From: an uncultured Lachnospiraceae bacterium
GTDB lineage: Bacteria > Bacillota > Clostridia > Oscillospirales > CAG-272
Assembly (NCBI GenBank): GCA_964490165.1
Contig: CAZBAR010000003.1
Coordinates: 42,463-106,462, forward strand
Length of the DNA stretch: 64,000 nt
Reading direction: 5' to 3'
Made by a program: the position numbers and the translations under genes. The notes beneath the pieces were generated by a model. The model had not been told where the DNA came from. It searched no databases and worked only from the letters and a program-made list of their open reading frames with translations. Below, piece after piece: positions 9,019 to 18,869 of the stretch. How positions within the stretch are numbered: position 1 is the stretch's first letter; every line of letters starts with the position of its first letter.

Positions 9019-9783
9019 CTATGGCTTTCTTGCAAGATAAAGAACTATTGTATTATTAAGAGTTATTTTGTTGCCAAAGCTTAGTATAGCATTTCTTATC
9101 CCGTCTAAAAACTTCGATTTGTATGGTTCTGATATTGTTAATTGGTGAGCGCAAATACTGATAAAGGTAACATATTCATCTGCGGTATATTCTACAACCT
9201 GATGATATTCACGCCGTTCAAAATCAACAAACCCATAGTTTACGGCATTATTGTAATTAAAATTTGTATTGTACGGTAGTTCGGGTTTGAAGAACTGTGA
9301 ATAAACCTCCTGAATTTTTTCATAGAGTTTTTCATTTGGAGTTTTATAGTCAGTATGCGTCATAAACATGGCGAGAGTACCATGGCTTTTCAAAATATCA
9401 TATACCTTAGGAAACGCGATTTCTTCCGGTATCCATTGAATTGTTGCTGCTGAATAAACTAAGTCAAAGGTATTTTTTTCAAAGGGATAAGTTTCAAAAT
9501 CTGCATTAACAATACTGAAATTTTTATATTTGCTAAATTTCTCCTGCATGTTCTTTGTGAAATTCTCACCGAGCTCAACGGCGAAATAAGAACAATCGGT
9601 TTTTAAGATCGGTTCTGTTGCCTGTCCGGTACCCGGACCGATCTCAAGTGCGCTTTTTGTTTCATCAAGCTTTGCATGGGAAATAACATCCGCAAAAAGC
9701 TCATTACAATACCTGAACCTAAACTCATCAAAATCCTTAGGCTGTACCTTGTCATTGAAAACTTTCCTGTAATCCATGTTCAT
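9019..9783 (-). CDS. class I SAM-dependent methyltransferase
   Basis: Motif I LEIGPGTGQAT and the post-I acidic residue in AVELG. Start moved to ATG 9783, behind GGAGGAGG. Confidence 0.8.
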   Translation of the reverse strand: MNMDYRKVFNDKVQPKDFDEFRFRYCNELFADVISHAKLDETKSALEIGPGTGQATEPILKTDCSYFAVELGENFTKNMQEKFSKYKNFSIVNADFETYPFEKNTFDLVYSAATIQWIPEEIAFPKVYDILKSHGTLAMFMTHTDYKTPNEKLYEKIQEVYSQFFKPELPYNTNFNYNNAVNYGFVDFERREYHQVVEYTADEYVTFISICAHQLTISEPYKSKFLDGIRNAILSFGNKITLNNTIVLYLARKP

Positions 9784-9829
9784 CGCCTCCTCCAAAAATA
9801 TAAAAATTTGCAATAATTACCTTATTTAT

Positions 9830-10486
9830 TCATGCTCCGCGCGTTGCCGTAAGCGTATATGTTACACCCCAGTTTTTCAGAACCGCGACTTCTGAAAATC
9901 CTGCTTTTTTCAGAATCTCTGCTTCGTGCGCGACCGTAAGAGGGGTATCGAAATGATAAAAGGATTCATCCGTGATACCTTGCTCTTGCTTTAGTTTTTC
10001 AAAGCTTTCAAAGCCTTCTGTTTCCATTTCATCCGACAATGCAAAGTAATCCGTTAAAACGAAATATCCGCCAGGCTTTAGGGCATTGAACAATTTTTCA
10101 TACAAATACAGCTTTTGTTCGGGAGTGAAGTGATGCAATGATTCAACCGACACCGCGGCGTCATATGCGTTATCTTTAAAAGGCACATCAAAATAAGAGC
10201 CGTTTATCAGGTGTAAGCTTTTATCCCCGAACTTTTCGGAAAGCGCCCTCAGCATATCCGCTGACAGATCTATCCCGGTAACATGCGCCGCAGGACTCAG
10301 GAGAAAATATTCTTCCAATTCAAGCCCTGTACCGCAGCCCAGATCAAGAACATTACTGTTTTCTTTTATCGGAAGCTGTTCTGCCGTAAATTTGTAAAAC
10401 TCAGATGCTCCCTCAATATTTGTCAGCATATGTTGGTCATAACCGTCGACTCTTTTTCTGAAAAAGTCATCCATTTTTTCAAGCAT
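9830..10486 (-). CDS. class I SAM-dependent methyltransferase
   Basis: Motif I VLDLGCGTGLE, GIDLS, LKPGGYFVLTD. Overlaps the upstream GNAT gene by 8 nt. Confidence 0.8.
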   Translation of the reverse strand: MLEKMDDFFRKRVDGYDQHMLTNIEGASEFYKFTAEQLPIKENSNVLDLGCGTGLELEEYFLLSPAAHVTGIDLSADMLRALSEKFGDKSLHLINGSYFDVPFKDNAYDAAVSVESLHHFTPEQKLYLYEKLFNALKPGGYFVLTDYFALSDEMETEGFESFEKLKQEQGITDESFYHFDTPLTVAHEAEILKKAGFSEVAVLKNWGVTYTLTATRGA

Positions 10487-11027
10487 TATTTATCACCTTA
10501 AATTCATGTTCCAGTATACTCATAAAAATCTTATCTACATACTTTCCATTGACAAAATACGCCTCAGGCAATCTCCCTACCTCTCTAAATCCTACTTTTT
10601 TATAGCACGATATGCCTGCGTAATTGTCGGCATGGACAGTGAGATTTATGCTATGCAGATTAATTGTATTAAATCCGTAGTTCAGGATCATCCGAATTGC
10701 CTCTGCACCGTTCCCTTTACCTCTTTGCTCTTCCTCACCAATAAAGATACCAATATAAGCACTACGGTTTATATGATCAATGTTATGAAGACTGATACTG
10801 CCTATTAATTCATCGTTGTCAAGAAGTACTATAGCGTAGCGCTGCATATTTTTAGGCGGCTCATAAAGCCACTTCAAATCGCTTTTCGATGAGACAACAC
10901 ATGAATATTGACCAAAATTAACCGCAACAGCTTCATCATTCATCCACTTTATGTAACTATCAATTTCATCTGCGTTGATCGGCGACAGGTATATGTGTTC
11001 ACCAATCAGCTTCTTATAATATTTCAT
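10479..11027 (-). CDS. GNAT family N-acetyltransferase (RimJ/RimL-like)
   Basis: 182 aa with the acetyl-CoA loop QRGKGNGAEA and a typical RimL-type opening (IYLSPIN..D...Y..W). Confidence 0.8.
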   Translation of the reverse strand: MKYYKKLIGEHIYLSPINADEIDSYIKWMNDEAVAVNFGQYSCVVSSKSDLKWLYEPPKNMQRYAIVLLDNDELIGSISLHNIDHINRSAYIGIFIGEEEQRGKGNGAEAIRMILNYGFNTINLHSINLTVHADNYAGISCYKKVGFREVGRLPEAYFVNGKYVDKIFMSILEHEFKVINNA

Positions 11028-11048
11028 TTTATCACCTCCCGTGAAATG

Positions 11049-12878
11049 CTATATAACATACTTATCCGCCTGCGTGTGCCACATTTCGGCGTACTTGCCG
11101 CCGGCGCGAAGCAGGCTTTCGTGGTCTCCCTCCTCACAAACTGCACCGTTTTCCATTACGATTATTCTGTCTGCAAGGCGAGTAGTGGAAAGTCTGTGGG
11201 AAATAAATACAACTGTGCTGTCTTTTGCCGCTTCGCGCATATAAATATTGAAATTGTATTCCGCTATAGGGTCAAGAGCACTTGACGGCTCGTCCAGTAT
11301 AATAAGTCCCGAATTTTTATAAAACGCACGTGCTATGGCGATCTTCTGCGCCTCGCCGCCGGACAGGTTTACTCCCTCATCGTCAAACTCCGCAGTAAGC
11401 TCAGTATCAAGACCGTGCGGCAAACGCTCCAGCCTTTCGCCGAAGCCGCTGTGTCTGAGCGCCGAACGTACCTTTTCGTCATCAGTGCTGCCATCTGTCA
11501 CGTCCATTACTACGTTTTCCTTAACCGTTCCGCCGTACAGGTTGAAATCCTGAAAAACTACACCTATATTATGGCGGTACGCCTTTACGTCATAGCTTTT
11601 AATACTCTGCCCGTCCATATATATTTCGCCCTCGGTGGGATCGTACAGGCGAAGCAGCAGCTTTGTAAGAGTGGTCTTGCCTGCGCCGTTATAGCCTACA
11701 ATAGCGATCTTCTCCTTGGGACGAAGTGACAGTGAAACATTGTTCAGAACGTACCCGTCTGTGTCGTTATACTTAAACGAAACGTTTTTCATCTCCAATG
11801 AGCACGGCTCATGGGAAACAGGCAGGTTTTCCTCTGATTTGATCTTGCCGTCACGTCTGAGAAACTCGCGCACCTTCTCCACATACATACAGTTTTCAGC
11901 AGAGTTTGAAAGTCTCAGAATAACGCTTGTAAAAGCCCAACGGACACGGTACACCGAGCGCATCATAACTACCATGGTAGCATAGCTTATGATCTCCAGC
12001 ACGCTTGCCTGATAGGCAAGAACAAGAACAAACAAAAGGTCAAACAGTGCAATATCAAAAAAGTCCTGCGCCCATGTGAGCAGATTAAGCCTTTTGTTGT
12101 GGCTGCCCACGACCTCGCAAACCTTTTCGGTGGCTTCATCAAAATCGTCAAACGCGCGCTCTCCCGCCTCGCTGCCCAAACGCAGCTCCTTTGCGTAGTC
12201 TGAAAGGTAAAACAGTCTCTTTATGTATCCTGTTCTGCGCCTGTATTTCTCGCGCAGAGCAAATTTACTGTAGTTATACTTGCTTCGGGTAAGCTGAAGC
12301 ACCATAGTTAGCACGGCGGACAACGCCACAACGGCGAAAGCTGCCGGACTTACCGCCGCAAAATATACACCCGTAGTTATAACCGTGCCCAGTGACATTG
12401 AAATTACGGAAATTATTTTCAAAATATAATCCACAAGTCCTACAGCCTTTTCAGTAGTCATTATGAAATCGTTATAATAGGTCGGATCGTCAAAATATTC
12501 AAGATCAACGTCATGCGCCTTTTCAAAAAGCATATTTTTGATCTTTGTTTCAGCTCTCAGCTTTGCTTTCGGCAAAAGCCACTGTCCTACTACCGAGCCG
12601 AGCACGCTTGACACCATAAGCATAATCACTACTGCAAGTATGGGATAAAAAGCCGAAGTGAACGGCTTGTTGTACTGTATACAGTCAAGCACCGTTTGGA
12701 TAAGCCATGTGTGCTCAATAAATATAAACACCTGAACCCTGAACTGCTCCAGTGCATACAGCGCTACGCCCACGGGGCTTGCGGAAAACACAAGCTTTAT
12801 TAAAAACCAGTTGTCGGCAATTATCTTTTTTGCCGAAAGCTTCGGAGCCTCTGCAAATTCCATGTTTTTCTTTTTCAT
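11049..12878 (-). CDS. ABC exporter half-transporter (TMD-NBD), second of a pair
   Basis: Walker A GYNGAGKTT, signature LSGGEAQK, Walker B IILDEPSSALD. The start overlaps the upstream partner by 4 nt (ATGA). Confidence 0.9.
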   Translation of the reverse strand: MKKKNMEFAEAPKLSAKKIIADNWFLIKLVFSASPVGVALYALEQFRVQVFIFIEHTWLIQTVLDCIQYNKPFTSAFYPILAVVIMLMVSSVLGSVVGQWLLPKAKLRAETKIKNMLFEKAHDVDLEYFDDPTYYNDFIMTTEKAVGLVDYILKIISVISMSLGTVITTGVYFAAVSPAAFAVVALSAVLTMVLQLTRSKYNYSKFALREKYRRRTGYIKRLFYLSDYAKELRLGSEAGERAFDDFDEATEKVCEVVGSHNKRLNLLTWAQDFFDIALFDLLFVLVLAYQASVLEIISYATMVVMMRSVYRVRWAFTSVILRLSNSAENCMYVEKVREFLRRDGKIKSEENLPVSHEPCSLEMKNVSFKYNDTDGYVLNNVSLSLRPKEKIAIVGYNGAGKTTLTKLLLRLYDPTEGEIYMDGQSIKSYDVKAYRHNIGVVFQDFNLYGGTVKENVVMDVTDGSTDDEKVRSALRHSGFGERLERLPHGLDTELTAEFDDEGVNLSGGEAQKIAIARAFYKNSGLIILDEPSSALDPIAEYNFNIYMREAAKDSTVVFISHRLSTTRLADRIIVMENGAVCEEGDHESLLRAGGKYAEMWHTQADKYVI

Positions 12879-14722
12879 ACAGCTTCCTCCTCTCCGCCTG
12901 CTGCAAGGTAACTCTTAGCCTGATGAATAAACATATCGGCATATGCACCGCCCTTTGACATAAGGGCACTGTGCGTACCGCTCTCAACAAGACAGCCGTT
13001 TTCAAACATCAATATTTTATCAGCAGACTTTACAGACGACAGTCTGTGAGAAATGAGGAAAACTGTTTTATTCTCCGTCGCCTCCATGATAGCATTGAAC
13101 AGATCGTACTCCGCTATAGGGTCAAGAGCACTGGAAGGCTCATCGAATACCATGCATCTTCCGTTTTGCACCAGTGCTCTTGCAACCGCCAGCTTTTGAT
13201 ACTGACCGCCTGAGAACACCGCTCCGCTGTCGTCAAACTCTCTTGTCATGGTAGTATTCATGGATTTTTCAAGCCCCTCTACCTTATCCCATAGTCCTAC
13301 CTTTTCAAGAGCTGTGCGCGCCGCCTCCTCGGTGTCCTCACACTCCGCGCCCATGGTAATATTATCAAGCACGCTCATAGCAAACACCTTGTAGTCCTGA
13401 AAAGCTGCGGAAAACAGCTTGCGGTATGATCTTACCTCATATTCTCTGATATCGATGCCGTTAAGAAGTATCACGCCCTCATCAGGGTCGTAAAGGCGGA
13501 GAAGAAGCTTTACTATAGTGCTCTTTCCCGCGCCGTTATGGCCTACCAGCGCGATCCTCTCCCCTCCGCGAACGGTGAATGACAGAGCATTAACAGCAGC
13601 CTCGCTGCTGCCGTCATACTTAAATGTAACGTTTCTGAACTCGATAGTGTCTATTGCCTCAGGCACGCTTAGTCCCTTGCCGTCCTCGGGGATCCTTTCT
13701 TTGTAATTCAAAAATTCGCGCACATTCTGAATGTAAATGCAATCGTTATGCAGTTCCATACTATATTCAAACAGACCTATTATCCTCCAGGACGCTGCCG
13801 TCATTACCGATGTAAAAATAGTCATTTCGGCAAGGTCAATAGTACCCGAAACAAGTGCCCGATAGCTGCAATACAGCAGTATGCCTTCAAAGATCATCAG
13901 GTAGTTAAACTGCACCTGCCCCCAATACACCGCGCCGCTGCCAAGTGCAAAGCGATCCCAGATACGCAGATTTTTTCCTACAGCATCAGAGTGCTTTTTC
14001 TGCATCATATCGTATACGCCGGTTATTCTCATTTCCTTTGCGTACTGACCGAGATGCAGTACTCTCAAAACGTAATCTATGATACGCGCATTTCTTGTGT
14101 TTTCTTTATACCGTTTTTGGTCGATACTGTTAAGCCACCTGCCGAAAACGAAATTGCCTATTATGGGAAAAACAAGAAACACAGCAATATACGGATCGGT
14201 TTTCATCATTACTGTCATATAAAAAACAACTAAGGCAAATGCACTCAATATCTGTAAAATTCCGTAAAACACATTCTGTATTCGCTCAGGCGTATTGTCC
14301 AGCGCTCTTGTGTACTTATTGTAAAATTCAGCATCCTCATAGCACGCAAGCTCTACATTGGCGGCTTTCTTAAAAATAAGCTTATTTATATGTTTGCTGA
14401 AACGCTCATCCACTGTTTCAATATCGTAGACATACTTTGTCTCACAGAATTTAACAACTAAAATTGCGGCAAACATAGTTGAAACAAGAATTACAATATT
14501 TATAAACGGGCTGCGGGATTCTATAAAGCTTACAAGGAATTTAACATAATATGTATTATTATACGCCATATAAACGGCCCATGCCAGCATTATAACGATC
14601 CACAAAACCGCATACTTTTTATAAAATTTCAAATACTCTTTTACGGCAAAAAGGCAATTGTCAAAGATCCCTTTTGCTGTTATTTCTTTTTCTTTCTTCT
14701 CTCTCTTTTTGAATAACTTCAT
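12875..14722 (-). CDS. ABC exporter half-transporter (TMD-NBD), first of a pair
   Basis: Walker A GHNGAGKST, FSGGQYQK, MVFDEPSSALD. Paralogous to 11049-12878 (both share SSALDPIAEY). Start set at ATG 14722 behind GAAGGAG; the TTG start in the track is 36 codons upstream. Confidence 0.9.
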   Translation of the reverse strand: MKLFKKREKKEKEITAKGIFDNCLFAVKEYLKFYKKYAVLWIVIMLAWAVYMAYNNTYYVKFLVSFIESRSPFINIVILVSTMFAAILVVKFCETKYVYDIETVDERFSKHINKLIFKKAANVELACYEDAEFYNKYTRALDNTPERIQNVFYGILQILSAFALVVFYMTVMMKTDPYIAVFLVFPIIGNFVFGRWLNSIDQKRYKENTRNARIIDYVLRVLHLGQYAKEMRITGVYDMMQKKHSDAVGKNLRIWDRFALGSGAVYWGQVQFNYLMIFEGILLYCSYRALVSGTIDLAEMTIFTSVMTAASWRIIGLFEYSMELHNDCIYIQNVREFLNYKERIPEDGKGLSVPEAIDTIEFRNVTFKYDGSSEAAVNALSFTVRGGERIALVGHNGAGKSTIVKLLLRLYDPDEGVILLNGIDIREYEVRSYRKLFSAAFQDYKVFAMSVLDNITMGAECEDTEEAARTALEKVGLWDKVEGLEKSMNTTMTREFDDSGAVFSGGQYQKLAVARALVQNGRCMVFDEPSSALDPIAEYDLFNAIMEATENKTVFLISHRLSSVKSADKILMFENGCLVESGTHSALMSKGGAYADMFIHQAKSYLAAGGEEEAV

Positions 14723-14846
14723 ACGATCTCCTTCTTTCAATATTACTTCACTAAACAAACCGAATATACTCTGAGATAGTTGAAAGCGTTCTCCTTTCTG
14801 CGCGCTCGGCGGCTGTTGTTTGAAAATCAAGCTTATATTTTATATT

Positions 14847-15048
14847 AACTTTCTTTTTTGAGCAAAAAAGAAAGTTAGAAAGAAAAATGCTTCAAAGGGA
14901 ACGGAAAGAATTCCTTTCCCTTTGAAATCCCATTCTTTCTTTCAGCTTCCGAAGGAAGCATAACGAAATTTACAGCAAACCTTTAGGGGGCAATAGCCCC
15001 AATATTGTTTGACAGAAGCTAACGTGTGCTTCCCGCAGGGAAGCACAC
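14847..15048. repeat. array of five short GC-rich hairpins in the gap between the two ABC pairs
   Basis: AACTTTCTTTTTT/AAAAAAGAAAGTT (13 bp), CAAAGGGA../..TCCCTTTG (8+4 bp), GCTTCC-gaa-GGAAGC, GGGGC-aata-GCCCC, GTGTGCTTCCC-gca-GGGAAGCACAC (11 bp). Confidence 0.7.
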
Positions 15049-15080
15049 AGGAAAGTGGGATATTTAGCGGTAAAACAAAT

Positions 15081-16898
15081 TTACTCAAAAGCTGAATTTG
15101 TAGCTTCGTCCTCATACTGTCTGGTGTACAGTCCGTAGTAATAGCCGCCTTTGGCGATAAGCTCCTCGTGGGTTCCCTGCTCCACGATCTTACCGTCGCG
15201 CACGACCAGTATCAGGTCCGCATTTCTGACCGTTGACAGTCTGTGCGCTATAACAAGCGATGTTCTGCCCTTGATTATAGTATCTATAGCGGACTGTATC
15301 TTCTGCTCGGTTATAGTGTCAACAGACGCGGTTGCCTCATCAAGCACAAGTATTTTCGGGTCGGCAAGCACCGCTCTTGCAAAGGATATAAGCTGCTTTT
15401 CTCCGGTGGATAAAAGATCTCCGCCCTCTCCAACATCACTGTCAAGTCCGTTTTCAAGATGCTCCACCACGCCCTGTGCCGACACAAGGCTGAGTGCACG
15501 GTCAATATCGTCCTCAGTCGCACCCGGATTGCCGTACAGAAGATTTTCACGAACCGTGCCCGAAAACAGATGCGGCGTTTGAAGCACATAGCCGATAGCG
15601 CTGTGCAGCCAAAGCTGCGAGCGTTCTCTGGCGTCTCTGCCGTCGATAAGCACCTGACCCTCTGTAGGCTCAAAAAATCTGCACACAAGATTGACAAGGG
15701 TAGACTTACCCGCTCCGGTCTCGCCGACTATGGCAATATTCGTGCCGAACGGTATTTTCAGATTGAAGTGCTCCAGCACATACTCATCGCCGTCGGGATA
15801 CTTAAAGCTAACGTCGCGAAACTCTATATCACCGCGAATGGCCTCCCAGTTTTCACGCTTCGCAGTGAAGCTGTCGCCGTACTTCTCAATTACTTCGGGA
15901 GTGTCCTTTACGTCAGACTCTGTCTCCACAAGGCGAGAAAAACGCTCTATATTTACCTGCGTGGTAATAAGGTCGGATATGCAGTCGATTATCCATCTTA
16001 CCGGCTCCATCATTCCCTGCGCATAGGACATAAACATAGAAAACGTTCCCACCTCTTCGGCTGCAATATATCCTCCGCGCCACAAAACTATCGCCAGCGC
16101 AAGAGATGACGCCAGATTCATGGTAACAGCAAACATACTGCGTATGCGCGCGCCCTGCACTGTCTTTTTCAGCATAGCATCTGTATCGCTGACAAAATGA
16201 TCAGTCATTTTGTCCTCAATAACAAGCGTCTTTACCGTTTTTGCACCGGTAATGCCCTCGTTAAAGTTTCCCGTTATCTTAGAGTTTATCTCGCGCACCT
16301 CGCGGTTGACGCGAATAAGCTTTTTCTGAAACAGCGAAAATATCACGGTAATAAGCGGAATTATCGCCATTATCATTAACGCCAGCTTATAGTTGATAAC
16401 AAGCATTACGATTATTGAAAAAAGCAGATACGATATGTGCCAGACGCCGTCCATCATGGACCACGATACAAGCGAACCGATGCGGCTTGTATCGCTCATA
16501 ACTCTTGCGTGAATATAGCCGACGCTGTTCTGATTGTAGTACGAAAACGACAGCGTCTGCAAATGATTGAATGCCGCGTTTCTCAGGTCCTTGTTTATAC
16601 TGACCTCAACGCGCATAGCGAAGGCACATGAAATATAGTTTACAACGCCGGTGAGTATAACGGTCAGCGCGTAGATAACTATGAAAAACGGCAGTGTGTC
16701 AAGGGTGTTCTCACCCACAAAATGGTTGAGCGCATATCGCTGGTACAGAGGCGTTACCGTATCGAACGCGCTTCCAAGCAGACCGCAGATTATCATCAGC
16801 GCGATCAAACTTTTGTACTTCTTCATAAAAGGCAGTATTTTTCCGACTCCGAAAAACGGCAGTGCCTTTTTCTCGTTTATTTCTTTGTAATCTGTCAT
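15081..16898 (-). CDS. heterodimeric ABC exporter subunit (canonical Walker B, deviant signature)
   Basis: Walker A GETGAGKST, Walker B LVLDEATASVD, signature LSTGEKQL instead of LSGGQ. Lies 6 nt downstream of its partner. Confidence 0.9.
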   Translation of the reverse strand: MTDYKEINEKKALPFFGVGKILPFMKKYKSLIALMIICGLLGSAFDTVTPLYQRYALNHFVGENTLDTLPFFIVIYALTVILTGVVNYISCAFAMRVEVSINKDLRNAAFNHLQTLSFSYYNQNSVGYIHARVMSDTSRIGSLVSWSMMDGVWHISYLLFSIIVMLVINYKLALMIMAIIPLITVIFSLFQKKLIRVNREVREINSKITGNFNEGITGAKTVKTLVIEDKMTDHFVSDTDAMLKKTVQGARIRSMFAVTMNLASSLALAIVLWRGGYIAAEEVGTFSMFMSYAQGMMEPVRWIIDCISDLITTQVNIERFSRLVETESDVKDTPEVIEKYGDSFTAKRENWEAIRGDIEFRDVSFKYPDGDEYVLEHFNLKIPFGTNIAIVGETGAGKSTLVNLVCRFFEPTEGQVLIDGRDARERSQLWLHSAIGYVLQTPHLFSGTVRENLLYGNPGATEDDIDRALSLVSAQGVVEHLENGLDSDVGEGGDLLSTGEKQLISFARAVLADPKILVLDEATASVDTITEQKIQSAIDTIIKGRTSLVIAHRLSTVRNADLILVVRDGKIVEQGTHEELIAKGGYYYGLYTRQYEDEATNSAFE

Positions 16899-16904
16899 AC
16901 CGTA

Positions 16905-18767
16905 TCACTCCCCTTTCTTATCATCCTGCGATCCTGACTGGATCTCATATATTTTCTGATAGATCCCGCCGCCGCGCTTCAGCTCCTCATGTGTTCCGCG
17001 CTCCACTATCCTGCCGCGGTCAAGCACCAGTATCTGATCTGCCGCCGACAGCGTGGTTATGCGGTGCGAAATGAGTATTATGCTTGACGTGCCGAAACGC
17101 TCCTCCAGCGAGCGGCGTATCTTTTCATCTGTCTCGGTATCCACCGCTGACAGTGAGTCGTCAAATATCATAACAGGCGTTTTCTGCGTAAGTATTCTGG
17201 CAATAGCCGCCCTCTGCTTCTGTCCGCCTGAAAGAGTCACTCCTCTCTCGCCTACAAAGGTGTCGTAGCCCTGTGTAAAGCCCTCAACAGTTTCGTCAAG
17301 ACAAGCGGCGCGCGCCGCCTCGCGTATTTCACTCAGCGTTATACCGTCGTCTGTAATTCCTATATTCTCCGCAATTGTGCGCGAAAACAGATACGGCTCC
17401 TGCAGAACGATGCCGATATTTTTTCTCAGGTGCTCCGCCTTTATGTCGGCGATATCAACGCCGCCGACAGTGATCCTGCCGCTGTTATCAGGCAGATCGT
17501 AAAGCCTGTCCAAAAGCAGCATCATTGTAGATTTACCGCTGCCCGTGCCGCCGAGAATACCCAGCGTTGTACCGCCCTTCATAGTAAAGCTTATATCGTG
17601 AAGCATTTCGGGGCAGCCCTCGTACGCAAAATTAACGTGATCAAAAACAATATCCCCACTCATATCGGGGCAAACGGCATTGGGCTTGTCGCACTCAATT
17701 TCAGACTCCATAATGTATCTGATACGGTCGATCGAAACACCCGCCTTGCTCATTTCCGATATCATTCTGCCAAGCTGACGTATAGGCCACATAAGCAGCG
17801 CGTTATAAGAGATAAACGCTATGTATTCGCCGGGTTCCATGCTTCCGTTTATGCAGAAGACCGCGCCGAATACGACAACAAGAAGTATCTGTGTTCCTGA
17901 CAGAACGTCGGAAGTGCTCCAGAATCGGCTCATTACCTTTGCCAGTCTGACCCACAACCCCGTATAATACTCGTTATGCGCTTCAAAGCGCTCTTTTTCA
18001 TAGCGTTCCCGTCCGAAAGCGCGGACTACCCGCACGCCTGTCAGATTTTCCTGCGCCATTGCCGACAGCTTGCCCTCGTTTTCGTCGCACAGAGCAAAGC
18101 CGCGCCCGATATTCTTGTGAAACATCAGAGAGTACAGCACGATAATAGGAGTCGGCGCAAGGGATATAAGCGTAAGCGGCACGTTCATTGATGACATAAA
18201 CGCAATAGACATAACAAGCAGTATTACTATTCTGAATATGCTTGTAAGCTGTTCGGAAACGAAGTTTTTCAAAGTATCGATATCCGAAGTGCAGCGCTGG
18301 ATTATATCGCCTGTGCGGTTTTTCATGTGCCACGAAAAGGGCAGCCGCTCAATGCGTGAGAAAAGGCTGTCTCGCATATTTTTAACAAGCCTTTCCGATG
18401 CGATAGTGTTTGTAACTCGGAAGGAGTACTGCGCCGCCACCCGCACGATTTCTACGGCGAGAATGGCGAGAGCCATTATCCACAGATTGCGTCCCAGATA
18501 TTCAAATCCGCCGAGACTGTCCACAAAGCGCATTATGACAGGGGAAAAATCCGCTGCTTTACCGCCGATGGCGTTATCTACCGCCGCGCGTATTATCTGC
18601 GGAGTTATCATATCCGCAAATACCATAAGAGCCGCGGACAGTATGCTCAGAGCAAACATTGCAAGACATCCGTGGAGGAAATACCAAATAAGCGCCGCCT
18701 TCTTTTTTCCCTCAGAGCGCTTTGCTGTTATCTTCTCGTTCTTTTCATTTTTCTTCTTCATTTTCAT
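16905..18767 (-). CDS. heterodimeric ABC exporter subunit (degenerate catalytic site)
   Basis: Walker A GGTGSGKST, signature LSGGQKQR, Walker B MIFDDSLSAVD (Asp where the catalytic Glu is expected). Start set at ATG 18767 behind GAAAGGA. Confidence 0.9.
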   Translation of the reverse strand: MKMKKKNEKNEKITAKRSEGKKKAALIWYFLHGCLAMFALSILSAALMVFADMITPQIIRAAVDNAIGGKAADFSPVIMRFVDSLGGFEYLGRNLWIMALAILAVEIVRVAAQYSFRVTNTIASERLVKNMRDSLFSRIERLPFSWHMKNRTGDIIQRCTSDIDTLKNFVSEQLTSIFRIVILLVMSIAFMSSMNVPLTLISLAPTPIIVLYSLMFHKNIGRGFALCDENEGKLSAMAQENLTGVRVVRAFGRERYEKERFEAHNEYYTGLWVRLAKVMSRFWSTSDVLSGTQILLVVVFGAVFCINGSMEPGEYIAFISYNALLMWPIRQLGRMISEMSKAGVSIDRIRYIMESEIECDKPNAVCPDMSGDIVFDHVNFAYEGCPEMLHDISFTMKGGTTLGILGGTGSGKSTMMLLLDRLYDLPDNSGRITVGGVDIADIKAEHLRKNIGIVLQEPYLFSRTIAENIGITDDGITLSEIREAARAACLDETVEGFTQGYDTFVGERGVTLSGGQKQRAAIARILTQKTPVMIFDDSLSAVDTETDEKIRRSLEERFGTSSIILISHRITTLSAADQILVLDRGRIVERGTHEELKRGGGIYQKIYEIQSGSQDDKKGE

Positions 18768-18811
18768 CGATACCGTTCCTTTCATAACTAAAATTCCAGC
18801 CAAAACAGCGC

Positions 18812-18846
18812 AAAAAAATGCGGTGCAGGCTCGTACCCACACCGCA
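18812..18846 (-). terminator. intrinsic terminator inside the 5' leader of the ABC pair (candidate attenuator)
   Basis: On the minus strand: TGCGGTGTGG-tacgag-CCTGCACCGCA followed by TTTTTTT. It lies 23 nt after the stop of the 33-aa upstream ORF and 44 nt before the ABC start codon. Confidence 0.65.
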
Positions 18847-18869
18847 AAGCGTATAACTGCGACTATTAT

